This document shows positions 47,662 through 56,452 of a stretch of 64,000 bases of DNA, in pieces. Source of the DNA: Sulfolobales archaeon (lineage in GTDB: Archaea > Thermoproteota > Thermoprotei_A > Sulfolobales > AG1); the NCBI GenBank assembly GCA_049976205.1, contig JBMFIR010000004.1, positions 1,213-65,212 of the forward strand, given 5' to 3'. The notes below the pieces were generated by a model. It did no database searches. It saw only the letters and a list, made by a program, of their open reading frames with translations, and was not told the DNA's origin. Both the position numbers and the translations under genes were made by a program. Position 1 is the first letter of the stretch, and every line of letters begins with the position of its first letter.

Positions 47662-49211
47662 ATGAATAAATACACAGAGAAGGCAGTAGAAGTTTTCCTA
47701 GAGACAGGAACTAAGTTTCCCAGATCTATTATTTGGGCCATGGGTCTCCTAAAATACGCTGCGGCTAAAGTGAACACCGAGTTGGGTTTATTGGATAAGG
47801 ATATTGGCGAAGCCATAATGAAGGTCTCCAAAGAGCTTGCCGATGGATTATACGATGATTTAGTTATTGTAGATGTGTTTCAAACCGGTTCTGGGACAGG
47901 TCTAAATATGAATATTAATGAAATAATAGCTACCAAAGCTACACAGCTCCTCGGTAAAAATATTCATCCAAATGATCATGTTAACATAGGTCAGTCATCA
48001 AATGATGTTGTTCCAAGTGCTATTAGGATCGCTGCTGTCTACGAGGTGGAGAGTAAGCTTATTCCATCTCTCAAGAGATTCACTGATGATCTCAGGGATC
48101 TAGTAAATAGAACATCTAACGTGATCAAGCCAGGGAGAACACATCTAAGAGATGCTCTCCCAGCGACAATGGGTCAAGAATTCTCTGCTTATCTTGATGC
48201 TTTTGAACACGATCTTGTTCTTCTCACGAGAGCCGCTGAGTACGTCAGGGAATTACCCATAGGAGGAACCGCTGTCGGAACAGGTCTAAATACTCATCCT
48301 AGATTCGGTGAATTAGTTGTTGAGGAAATAAATAAGTTAACGAATCTAGGTTTTAGAGTAGCTAGCAACAGGTTTAGGGCGATGAGGACATTGAGTAACT
48401 TAGTTAATTTAAGTGGCGTTCTAAGGATCATGGCGCTAGATTTACTTAGACTATCTCAGGATATCAGATTAATATACTCAGGCCCAAACACAGGTTTCTT
48501 TCAATTCTATAGTAGATCGTTCTATGTTATTGCCTGGTTTAGCTCTGGGCCGGGTCTCCAGCCCATTACCCCTACCCCTCTCGGGGCTCGGGGTTATGGT
48601 TTTATCATTGCCTCGGGGGCGTAGATTTAGTCTTGTGTATCTAGCATTTCTATCGAGTATTGCTATAGATTGGCCCCCGAGACTCATATTCAAATCAATC
48701 ATCATCAGAGATATTAGAGGATACAGAGCTTATAAACATCATCCCCCGCCTTAAAAGGGCGAGGCTTTTCAGTTGTAAAACAAATCCAGTCACTGTAGAA
48801 GCCGCTATGCTGGCCTCGGCTCAGGTAATTGGGTTAGACACCTCTAATAGCTACGCTAATTTACTCGGTGTATTCGAGTTGAGTATAGCTATACCATTAG
48901 TTGGCTACAATATTGTTTCTCAGATAAAGCTATTGGATCAAGCCTTAGAGAAATTATCTGAATATGTTATTAGAAGAATTACTCCACTACGTGAGAGATT
49001 AATTGAATTAACTGAAAAGAGTCAGGCTCTGATAACTCTTGTGTCTCCTTTAATAGGCTACGACAAGGCAGCGGAATTATCTAAGATTCTTTTGAGAGGG
49101 GTGTCAATTAGACAAGCTCTCAGGGAGCTAGGTTTTAGTGAGGAGGATATTAATAGAATACTTGATCCAAGGAGATTAACTAGTCCAGGGATACCATCGA
49201 AAAATATTTAG
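47662..49211 (+). pseudogene. fumC: class II fumarate hydratase / aspartase-family lyase, interrupted by repeat copy B and lacking the SS-loop
   Basis: The N part has [36 protein letters not shown] and ends at ...[11 protein letters not shown] (~48497). The C part resumes at KTNPVTVEAAMLASAQVIG (~48777) and runs to the C-terminus. The ~18 aa carrying GSSxMPxK are absent. Confidence 0.75.
48498..48778 (+). repeat. structured interspersed repeat, copy B (~281 bp), inserted in fumarase gene
   Basis: It starts CTTTCAATTCTATAGTAGATC and ends CCCCGCCTTAAAAGGGCGAGGCTTTTCAGTTGTAA. H2 spans 48568-48594. H3 is CTCGGGGGC(48612-20)/GCCCCCGAG(48673-81). H4 is TCTAT(48649-53)/ATAGA(48665-69). Confidence 0.7.
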
Positions 49212-49232
49212 TTCATCAAGCTCCAAGGATTT

Positions 49233-49652
49233 TTATTCTCCCATCACCTGAATAAATATGTTTCTTTTTCTCGGACCATCTAATTCAACTAACATAACTT
49301 CTTGCCATGTTCCTCTAACCAGAGATCCTTTTGATACTGGCAGGAATCTTCCTGATCCTATGAAGCTAGAGGCTAAGTGAGCATGAGCATTATCATCTAT
49401 CTCATCGTGTCTCCACCCACTACCTGGTCTAAATGTTTCAACGATCCACCTTATGTAATCCTCCACGATTCTTGGCTCATACTCATTTAGGATAATCGCT
49501 GCGGTTGCGTGTGGTGCATGTATTAGGCACACGCCTTCGGATATCCCGCTCTCTCTTACTGCGTTTTCTACTTCTCTAGTGATTCTTACCACCTGAAATT
49601 TCTTCGTGGTCTCAATAACTAGTGTCTTGGAATATATCTTCAGAAGATGCAC
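49233..49652 (-). CDS. YjbQ/UPF0047 family protein (secondary thiamine-phosphate synthase-like)
   Basis: GVCLIHAPHATAAIILNEYEP...DDNAHAHLASSFIG matches the YjbQ signature. Confidence 0.8.
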   Translation of the reverse strand: MHLLKIYSKTLVIETTKKFQVVRITREVENAVRESGISEGVCLIHAPHATAAIILNEYEPRIVEDYIRWIVETFRPGSGWRHDEIDDNAHAHLASSFIGSGRFLPVSKGSLVRGTWQEVMLVELDGPRKRNIFIQVMGE

Positions 49653-49706
49653 CCGTCATTAGATAATGTGTTTAGATTTTTATTTTTCAATGAATCTTTT
49701 TAATTA

Positions 49707-50543
49707 GTGGATTATGTAATGATCAAGTACTATAGGCAGGAAGAGCTTTCGGAAAAAGTTGAGCTTAGCGATTTATTAGATTCTGTGATACATGGCGATT
49801 GTCTTCACGTCTTAGGGAAGATTCCTTCCGAGAGTATTGATATGGTTTTCTTCGATCCACCTTACTATCTTCAGTTACCTAAGAACAAGAGATTGATTAG
49901 ATGGTATGTTAAGACAGTGGTTGAGAGCCCTGAGGAGTACTGGGATGAGTTTGATTCATGGGATGAGTACGATACCTTCATATCAAGAGTGCTAAAAGAG
50001 ATTAGAAGAGTTATGAAGAGAAACGCCACCATATGGGCTATCGGAACCTATCACAACATTTTTAGAATAGGTAAGATTATGCAAGACCTAGGCTTCTGGA
50101 TACTAAATGACGTGATCTGGTTCAAGTCTAATCCTATGCCCAATTGGTTAAACGTTAGATTCACTAATTCGACAGAGATCCTCATATGGGCTGTCAGAGA
50201 TAGGGAGGCTAAGGACTATGTATATAATCACGATGTGGCTAAAGAATATAGCTTCAATGATTTCGGGTCTCGTATAGCCTTGAGTGTGTGGAGAATACCT
50301 ATAGTCAGAGGTCGAGAGAGGATCAGAGACGAGAGAGGAAGGAGACTACATCCCACACAGAAACCGGAAGAGTTGCTAAGGAGAGTTATTGAGGTCTCTA
50401 CAAGAAAGGGAGACGTTGTTCTAGACCCTATGGCTGGTACAGGAACTACTGGTGTGGTTGCCAGAAGTCTAGAGAGACACTTTATATTGATCGAGAGGGA
50501 GAGTAGATACGTGGAGGCTATATTGAGGAGACTAAGACTTTAG
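49707..50543 (+). CDS. beta-class DNA methyltransferase (N6-adenine/N4-cytosine; motif IV before motif I); orphan
   Basis: MVFFDPPYYL (motif IV), HPTQKPEELLRRVI, and VVLDPMAGTGTTG (motif I). Confidence 0.8.
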   Translation: MDYVMIKYYRQEELSEKVELSDLLDSVIHGDCLHVLGKIPSESIDMVFFDPPYYLQLPKNKRLIRWYVKTVVESPEEYWDEFDSWDEYDTFISRVLKEIRRVMKRNATIWAIGTYHNIFRIGKIMQDLGFWILNDVIWFKSNPMPNWLNVRFTNSTEILIWAVRDREAKDYVYNHDVAKEYSFNDFGSRIALSVWRIPIVRGRERIRDERGRRLHPTQKPEELLRRVIEVSTRKGDVVLDPMAGTGTTGVVARSLERHFILIERESRYVEAILRRLRL

Positions 50544-51227
50544 GTTTATTCCACTAAATTTCTCCACTAAACCACTTATAGCGTCGATAAAGATTTTTAT
50601 CGCGAAATATAGTAGAACACCTGCTAAACTCATTAATAGGATCGAGTAAGGTACCTTGCCAGTGGTCTCAATAAATCTGCCGCCTGAGGCGAGCAATGTC
50701 AGCCACACATAATCCATCCAAACATGACTAGAGTACATAACAGCGAAACCCATAGAACCATTCTTTGATGAGGTCTCGATAAGCGGATACCCAACAGTGA
50801 TCCACCATATGAGAAAATATGCATTGAATCCTGTTAGGAGAAGTCCTGTTAGTAAGGCATCCAGTAATGAGAAACCTCTCGACACGAAAGACACTCCTGA
50901 TCCCATCCCCGATAAAATTTTGAGGGCATCAATGATTAACAGATATGAAAAGTATACTAAGAAGATGAATACTCCTATATTAAGATAGTATTTTATTCTC
51001 TCAAGAAAACTTCTAGCTACTAAAGTGAATCTGTGGAGAATAAATACATAGGGCAACTCAAAGAGCATATGACCAAATCCTATTGATAAGCCTGCTAGAG
51101 GGCCTAGTAAAGCCCCGAGAGCAATAGCTGATATAGAGAGTGGCCCCGGGCTCAGAGCACCACTAGGCGAAATAGCTAATGTTAGAAAAACTATTCTTCT
51201 CAGATCACCTGAATATCTTATCTCCAT
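50532..51227 (-). CDS. LysE/RhtB-type amino-acid exporter family membrane protein
   Basis: 231 aa with ~6 TM segments and an N-terminal SPGPLS motif, like the LysE family (t)PGP. Confidence 0.5.
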   Translation of the reverse strand: MEIRYSGDLRRIVFLTLAISPSGALSPGPLSISAIALGALLGPLAGLSIGFGHMLFELPYVFILHRFTLVARSFLERIKYYLNIGVFIFLVYFSYLLIIDALKILSGMGSGVSFVSRGFSLLDALLTGLLLTGFNAYFLIWWITVGYPLIETSSKNGSMGFAVMYSSHVWMDYVWLTLLASGGRFIETTGKVPYSILLMSLAGVLLYFAIKIFIDAISGLVEKFSGINLKS

Positions 51228-51325
51228 ATATCTCTCCTCTCGACTCTTAATGAATTTTTATTATATTAATTAAAAATAAAGTTATTGCTAAGGTTTTTCA
51301 CCAATGCTTTTATTTTCTGACACAA

Positions 51326-52090
51326 TTGATTAATGAGAAAAATATGAGCTTTAATGAGTATGCTATATATACTGAGGATCTCACCAAGATCTATGGACAA
51401 GATGTCGTGGGCGTAGCTCATCTTAATCTACGTGTTAGAGACGGAGAGATATATGGATTAATAGGGCCGAACGGGTCTGGAAAAACAACTACTCTTAGAA
51501 TAATCGCTGGTTTAATAAGACCTACATATGGTAAAGCCTATATCTATGGGATCAATGTTGTAGAGAACTCTTTGAAGGCTAGAGAACTAATAAATTACCT
51601 ACCTGAGGAAGCCGGTGCATATAGTGATTTAAGTGGCCTAGATTTCATAAGATTCATGTTATCAATAAGATTAAGAGGATCACAACTGGAGCGAGCAATA
51701 GACGAAGCTGTAGAAATCAGTGGTTTAGGAAATGCTCTTAAGAGACCTGTGAGAACATATAGTAAAGGTATGAAGAGGATCTTGGCTCTAAGCGTAGTAT
51801 TAGCTTCGAGACCAAGACTTCTTATATTAGATGAACCCACTTCAGGACTCGATGTCGAAAGAAGTATACAAATAAGAGATCTGATCCTTAGATATAATAG
51901 AGAGTATAAAACAACTGTTCTAATCAGTAGTCATAACATGCTTGAGGTAGAGTACTTGTGTGATAGAGTAGGTATATTATACAGAGGTAAATTATTGATC
52001 GAAGGAGAGATAAGCAGACTAAAAGAAGATACAGACTCAAGAAATCTCGAGGAAGTATTCATTAAAAAGGTGAGGGAAATTGGTAGTTAA
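51326..52090 (+). CDS. ABC transporter ATP-binding protein (ABC-2/daunorubicin-type exporter)
   Basis: GPNGSGKTTTL, YSKGMKRILAL (degenerate signature), LLILDEPTSGLD. Confidence 0.85.
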   Translation: MINEKNMSFNEYAIYTEDLTKIYGQDVVGVAHLNLRVRDGEIYGLIGPNGSGKTTTLRIIAGLIRPTYGKAYIYGINVVENSLKARELINYLPEEAGAYSDLSGLDFIRFMLSIRLRGSQLERAIDEAVEISGLGNALKRPVRTYSKGMKRILALSVVLASRPRLLILDEPTSGLDVERSIQIRDLILRYNREYKTTVLISSHNMLEVEYLCDRVGILYRGKLLIEGEISRLKEDTDSRNLEEVFIKKVREIGS

Positions 52091-53375
52091 GCTACTACTC
52101 CAAAGAGAGATCAAGGCACTTATTAAGAGTCCTGGATTCATTATATCTCTAATAATCCTCGTGGCATTCTACGCTGGTTTAGGCAAATTAATAGGCTATT
52201 CTGTAGAGAGCAATATCTCTCTTATAAATGAGCCTATGGGTGTGGTAATCAATGATCATAGCCCTGTCGCGCTTAAGATTATTGAATATCTCAATGAGAG
52301 TCTAGGCAAAAGATTATTTATTGCTAATTCATTGACACAGGGACTAGAACTTTATAACGTAGTTATGTATATTCCCAAGAATTTCTCCGAGAATTTCTTA
52401 AGAGGAGTAGCAGAGATAGTTTTCTATCAGAGAGTCTCTAGAGTAGGCGGATTATCTATAGGGATCTATGGTTCACTAAATAGTGTCTTGGAACCATTAA
52501 AAGATACTTACTATAAGATTTCGTTAAATAATAGCTTAACAACACCTAATAACTTTACACCAAGTATACAGATCTTCTACGAATTAGATGGGGTTAGACT
52601 CAATAGCCTAAGATATTTATCAGTCGTAGGATTCTTCTCCACATCCATCATGTTTATAGCGATTATATTCATGTTTAGCGCATCATTCTCTATGCAATTC
52701 ATGACTTCCGAAAAGACGCAGAAAGCATTTGAGATGCTACTAGCTCAGCCTATTAGGAGAAGAAATATTGTTTTAGCAAAAATACTTGGTGGAATTATTG
52801 CCTCTTTGATCGAAGGAGTAGTCTTTGCCATTGGTCTCTTACTAATGTTCTACTTCTCACTTCCAATCTCAAAGGTGCCCGGATCACTTGATAGCGACGT
52901 CAATAGATTAATTTATGGAGCATCACAAAGCTCTAACCCATCATATTTTGCACAGTACTTCATAGAGACTATGAACCCGGCCATGATCATTACAATTATA
53001 GTATTATTCATTCTGGGTCTAGTCTTTACTAGCGCCATAGGTGTTATAGTAGGTATGTTGGTGAGTGATGAAAAGGTTGCGGGTATGCTCATAGGGCCCT
53101 TGATTTTCTCATTTATTGGTATAGGTATGGCTGTTATGTTTGTTGGTCTTCCAATAGATCCTATGACAGCTTTTGTGTCTAGTATTGGAATAGCGCCAGC
53201 ATTTGTCTATGTGATTATAGGATTCTTAATTAATAGAATAGATCTTGTTCTCTTACCTATAGCGTCTCTATCTATAATAGCAACTATTCTCATGCTGCTT
53301 TCATTCTATTTAATTGAGAGAGATGTTGTGATACTAGGTATAAGATTAACGAAGAAGATAATTACCAGAGACTAG
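52080..53375 (+). CDS. ABC-2 type transporter permease
   Basis: It overlaps the ATPase stop. One N-terminal TM segment and a large loop are followed by ~5 TM segments. Confidence 0.6.
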   Translation: MVVKLLLQREIKALIKSPGFIISLIILVAFYAGLGKLIGYSVESNISLINEPMGVVINDHSPVALKIIEYLNESLGKRLFIANSLTQGLELYNVVMYIPKNFSENFLRGVAEIVFYQRVSRVGGLSIGIYGSLNSVLEPLKDTYYKISLNNSLTTPNNFTPSIQIFYELDGVRLNSLRYLSVVGFFSTSIMFIAIIFMFSASFSMQFMTSEKTQKAFEMLLAQPIRRRNIVLAKILGGIIASLIEGVVFAIGLLLMFYFSLPISKVPGSLDSDVNRLIYGASQSSNPSYFAQYFIETMNPAMIITIIVLFILGLVFTSAIGVIVGMLVSDEKVAGMLIGPLIFSFIGIGMAVMFVGLPIDPMTAFVSSIGIAPAFVYVIIGFLINRIDLVLLPIASLSIIATILMLLSFYLIERDVVILGIRLTKKIITRD

Positions 53376-53378
53376 TTT

Positions 53379-54335
53379 TTATGAGAATCTCTTGAGTATC
53401 TCTCTTGCTAGTTCCTCAGCCCCATCTCTATACTCCCTTGGTTTTACTCCTCTGCATTTTTCGATAATCTCTAGTAATTTCCAGGGATCAAGACTCTCTT
53501 GGTAGCATACACCAAGTTTCTCGGCTAGTATCTTAGCATCTTCGTATCCTGCTGTTAATCTCCAATTCGGGTTCGGGATCACGACAGTTGGTTTCTTATA
53601 CGTCAACGCTGCATCAATAACTGTTTTTCCTAAATGAGTTATCACTAGAGACGCTCTAGCTATCCATCTATTAATCTCTGGATCAAAATCAAAAATAACC
53701 CAATTCTTCTTAGTCTCTTTATAGGGTCTGGGATCGACCCTCCCCGTCTGCAGAACGATATTGTCAAGTCCTGTCTTCACTATCGCATCAAATAATTCCT
53801 TGAATCCATATGTGCCCGCGGTTACTAGTATGTACCCCTCATCTCTAATTTCGTATTCGGGTCTCTCGTAGAGAGGTCCGAAAAATCTTCCTCTAGGAAG
53901 AATCTTCTTCTGCTCCTCCCACTGAAGAACAGTTAGATCCGATATATATGAGAGATATTTTGCTGAGGAGCTGGGCCTAGTGAATCTCACGGAACTCTCA
54001 ATATTTATAACAGGTACTCTCTTAAACTTAGCAACAAGTGCTGGGGGGACGCTATGATTAGATCCTGTGCTAACAAAAACATCTATATTCTTAACCTTAT
54101 CAATACTCTCGAAAAATGCTTTTGGGATCCCTGTTAAGAGTTTCTGGAATCCCTCATTAGGTCCTCTCGCCTTTCGTATCTCGATAACGTCTCCATATCT
54201 ATATACTTTGCTTCTACTCCACTCATCACCTGTAGGTATATAAAAGACTATCTCAGCCTTACCATATATCCTCTGTGCTAACGCCACGGCATAGCCCGTA
54301 TGTCCTCCTCCACTAGCTGTTATACCAATTCTCAT
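53379..54335 (-). CDS. GT28-like (MurG/Alg13-Alg14/Agl24-like) UDP-GlcNAc glycosyltransferase
   Basis: N-terminal MRIGITASGGGHTGYAVALA carries the GGxGGH motif. The C-terminal Rossmann half has HLGKTVIDA. Confidence 0.55.
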   Translation of the reverse strand: MRIGITASGGGHTGYAVALAQRIYGKAEIVFYIPTGDEWSRSKVYRYGDVIEIRKARGPNEGFQKLLTGIPKAFFESIDKVKNIDVFVSTGSNHSVPPALVAKFKRVPVINIESSVRFTRPSSSAKYLSYISDLTVLQWEEQKKILPRGRFFGPLYERPEYEIRDEGYILVTAGTYGFKELFDAIVKTGLDNIVLQTGRVDPRPYKETKKNWVIFDFDPEINRWIARASLVITHLGKTVIDAALTYKKPTVVIPNPNWRLTAGYEDAKILAEKLGVCYQESLDPWKLLEIIEKCRGVKPREYRDGAEELAREILKRFS

Positions 54336-54406
54336 TATATAACCCTCAAAGAATAACTAAGTAAAAATAAATATAGTGTAATCTCATATTTAGCGGAGAA
54401 ATAATA

Positions 54407-55315
54407 TTGCATGAGTTAACTGATTTAAGCAACTATTCTAAGGAGAAGAATTTCTTCTATATAATAAATGACTTGTTTAAGGTTAAGCAGACGTTATTGC
54501 TTATGTATGTAGGGATCTTCGGATACTTAATTGCTGCTGTGACCAAGATAGATATTCTGAAGCTTGTTTTGATTATGATATCTCAATTCTTAACTATTGG
54601 TGGAACAACAGGTTTTAATATGGTGCTTGACGCTGATCTAGACGCTATCATGATGAGAACTAGAAACAGGGTTATTCCATCAAATATTATTAGTAGAGGA
54701 AGAGCCTCTGTAGTCTCAGGAGTCACGTTACTCATAGGTTTATTAGTCTCGTACCTAATATCTCCACTCTACATGTTTGTAGCTCTCTTGGGGGCGGCAA
54801 TAGATCTTGTAGTGTATACACTTATTATGAAGAGAAAAACTTGGCTAAGTGTTGTTTTCGGAGGTTTCGCTGGAGGAGCACCTGCTTTAGGGGGTTATGT
54901 GGCGTATACAGGAGCCATAGATCTGGTGGGTGTGTCTCTTATGTTGATTGTTGCTTTATGGAGTTCTCCTCATATATGGTATATAAGTGCTTACTATCTA
55001 GAGGACTATAAGAAAGCAAATATACCAACAATACCGGTTCTATATGGTCTGAGAGCAACTGGTTTAGCGTCTACAATAATGATTCTCTTGATATACGTGG
55101 TTGTTGTAGTGTTATTCATTTCACTAAGTCCTAAACCATGGATTCTTCTCATAACATCTACGCTAATGACCATCGCTATATTGAACCATACATTAAGACA
55201 CTACGCGAGATCTTCAGTAGACAGTGTGGAGTTAAGAAAAACTTTTAAGTTCTTGAGCCCTTATCTAGCAATTTTGTTCTTAGCGTTTTATTTAGATAAA
55301 CTCTTATTTATTTAA
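54407..55315 (+). CDS. UbiA-family prenyltransferase, protoheme IX farnesyltransferase-like
   Basis: NMVLDADLDAIMMRTRNRVIPS matches NxxxDxxIDxxMxRTxxRP. It has ~8 TM segments. Confidence 0.55.
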   Translation: MHELTDLSNYSKEKNFFYIINDLFKVKQTLLLMYVGIFGYLIAAVTKIDILKLVLIMISQFLTIGGTTGFNMVLDADLDAIMMRTRNRVIPSNIISRGRASVVSGVTLLIGLLVSYLISPLYMFVALLGAAIDLVVYTLIMKRKTWLSVVFGGFAGGAPALGGYVAYTGAIDLVGVSLMLIVALWSSPHIWYISAYYLEDYKKANIPTIPVLYGLRATGLASTIMILLIYVVVVVLFISLSPKPWILLITSTLMTIAILNHTLRHYARSSVDSVELRKTFKFLSPYLAILFLAFYLDKLLFI

Positions 55316-55317
55316 AC

Positions 55318-56394
55318 TCACTCAAGATCTCTTAATAAATCATATATTACTTCGTTAGGAGATTTCTTCCTTGATACTATAAACTGTGTTTTCTCTCTAT
55401 ATCTATCGATATCTTTCATATATACGTCAATTAATTCACATATGTCATTTATATCTCTGATATAATAGAGCGGTAGCCCGAGTTCCTCTGCGCATTTATC
55501 CACATAGAGAGGCGTGGGAAAAGTTGTTATTCCTAAGACCCCTTGTAGAGCAGCTTCTCTAGCCATAGTGCCGCCTCCGGTGATTACAGCAAGTGAATAC
55601 TTAACCAATGCTGGACCAATCGCGTAGCTCTGCTCAGGAAAAATCACCATTTTTCTCTCAATGAAGTCCCGAAGATCATTTGATAAGATTGTTTTCTGGT
55701 CACTATATCTAGGAAGTACAACTACTCTCAGTTTTCTCTCAATAAGTTTTTGCGATAATCTAAACCAAAACTCTCGATTAAACCCCCATTCGTAGTATGA
55801 AGCTTTATGCTCCTCGGGTCTAAGAACAACATATGAGTATTCATCGAGACCTAGTTCCTCAACGTATTTTCTCGAAGAAGCCTCTGGAAAATCTTTGATC
55901 CAAGCAAGTTCATCAAAGCCGTCATAAGCCACGAGAATCAAACTAGGAAGAGTGTACTCACGCCAAGCACTTTCAGGTATACATTTTGAATAAACTAGGT
56001 ACCTTGCTAGTGGAAGAGCTAGTCTATGTGGATGCTTCGCATGTGGACTATCAGATAATACAATATAAGGTTTTCCAACTCCATATACTACTCTGGCCTC
56101 AACAGGGTTAGGATACGATACCCCAGCAATTAACTCCCCGCGATATCTTGATAAGATCTCCACAGCATGTATCATTCTTTCGCTCTCGCTAATTATTTTC
56201 TCATAGAGATTCTCAGCATATTTACCGAAAATGATCGCATCAATACCTAATTTCTCTACGATTCCTCTGATCACATCGTATTCTCTTGCTGTTAGAATCG
56301 TTTCATATCCTCTCTCAGCTAGGTATCTCTTCAGTGAAGCACCAATTAACAATTGTTTACTTGTTAAAGCATCAAACCAAATCACTCTTCTCAA
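55318..56394 (-). CDS. DUF354 family protein (GT-B/epimerase-like fold, function unknown)
   Basis: VIWFDALTSKQLLIGASLKRYLAERGYETILTAREYD resembles the DUF354 N-terminus. GGGTMAREAALQG lies near the C-terminus. Confidence 0.5.
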   Translation of the reverse strand: MRRVIWFDALTSKQLLIGASLKRYLAERGYETILTAREYDVIRGIVEKLGIDAIIFGKYAENLYEKIISESERMIHAVEILSRYRGELIAGVSYPNPVEARVVYGVGKPYIVLSDSPHAKHPHRLALPLARYLVYSKCIPESAWREYTLPSLILVAYDGFDELAWIKDFPEASSRKYVEELGLDEYSYVVLRPEEHKASYYEWGFNREFWFRLSQKLIERKLRVVVLPRYSDQKTILSNDLRDFIERKMVIFPEQSYAIGPALVKYSLAVITGGGTMAREAALQGVLGITTFPTPLYVDKCAEELGLPLYYIRDINDICELIDVYMKDIDRYREKTQFIVSRKKSPNEVIYDLLRDLE

Positions 56395-56452
56395 ACGAAA
56401 CTCCAGGAGTCATGGAGTTAGATGCTTTAAATACTTGTAGACTAATCGTTAT

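Noticed and set aside
48531-48565. In the exon-1 reading frame the element encodes [11 protein letters not shown], which superficially resembles the PGSSIMPGK SS-loop.
   Set aside because: The same nucleotides align with copy A (cctaggttcaaccctgaaccgg...), where the translation is PRFNPEPV. The segment is therefore repeat-derived, and the resemblance is coincidental.
48478-48754. ORFs 48478-48705 (-) and 48524-48754 (+).
   Set aside because: They lie entirely within repeat copy B. Their open frames are not conserved in copies A and C.
48498-48778. The fumarase interruption might be a BHB-type mRNA intron, as known for crenarchaeal cbf5, or a split gene.
   Set aside because: Removing the element joins ...SGPNTG(F) to KTNP..., so the ~18-aa GSSxMPxK catalytic loop would still be missing. 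The element also occurs in two intergenic sites.
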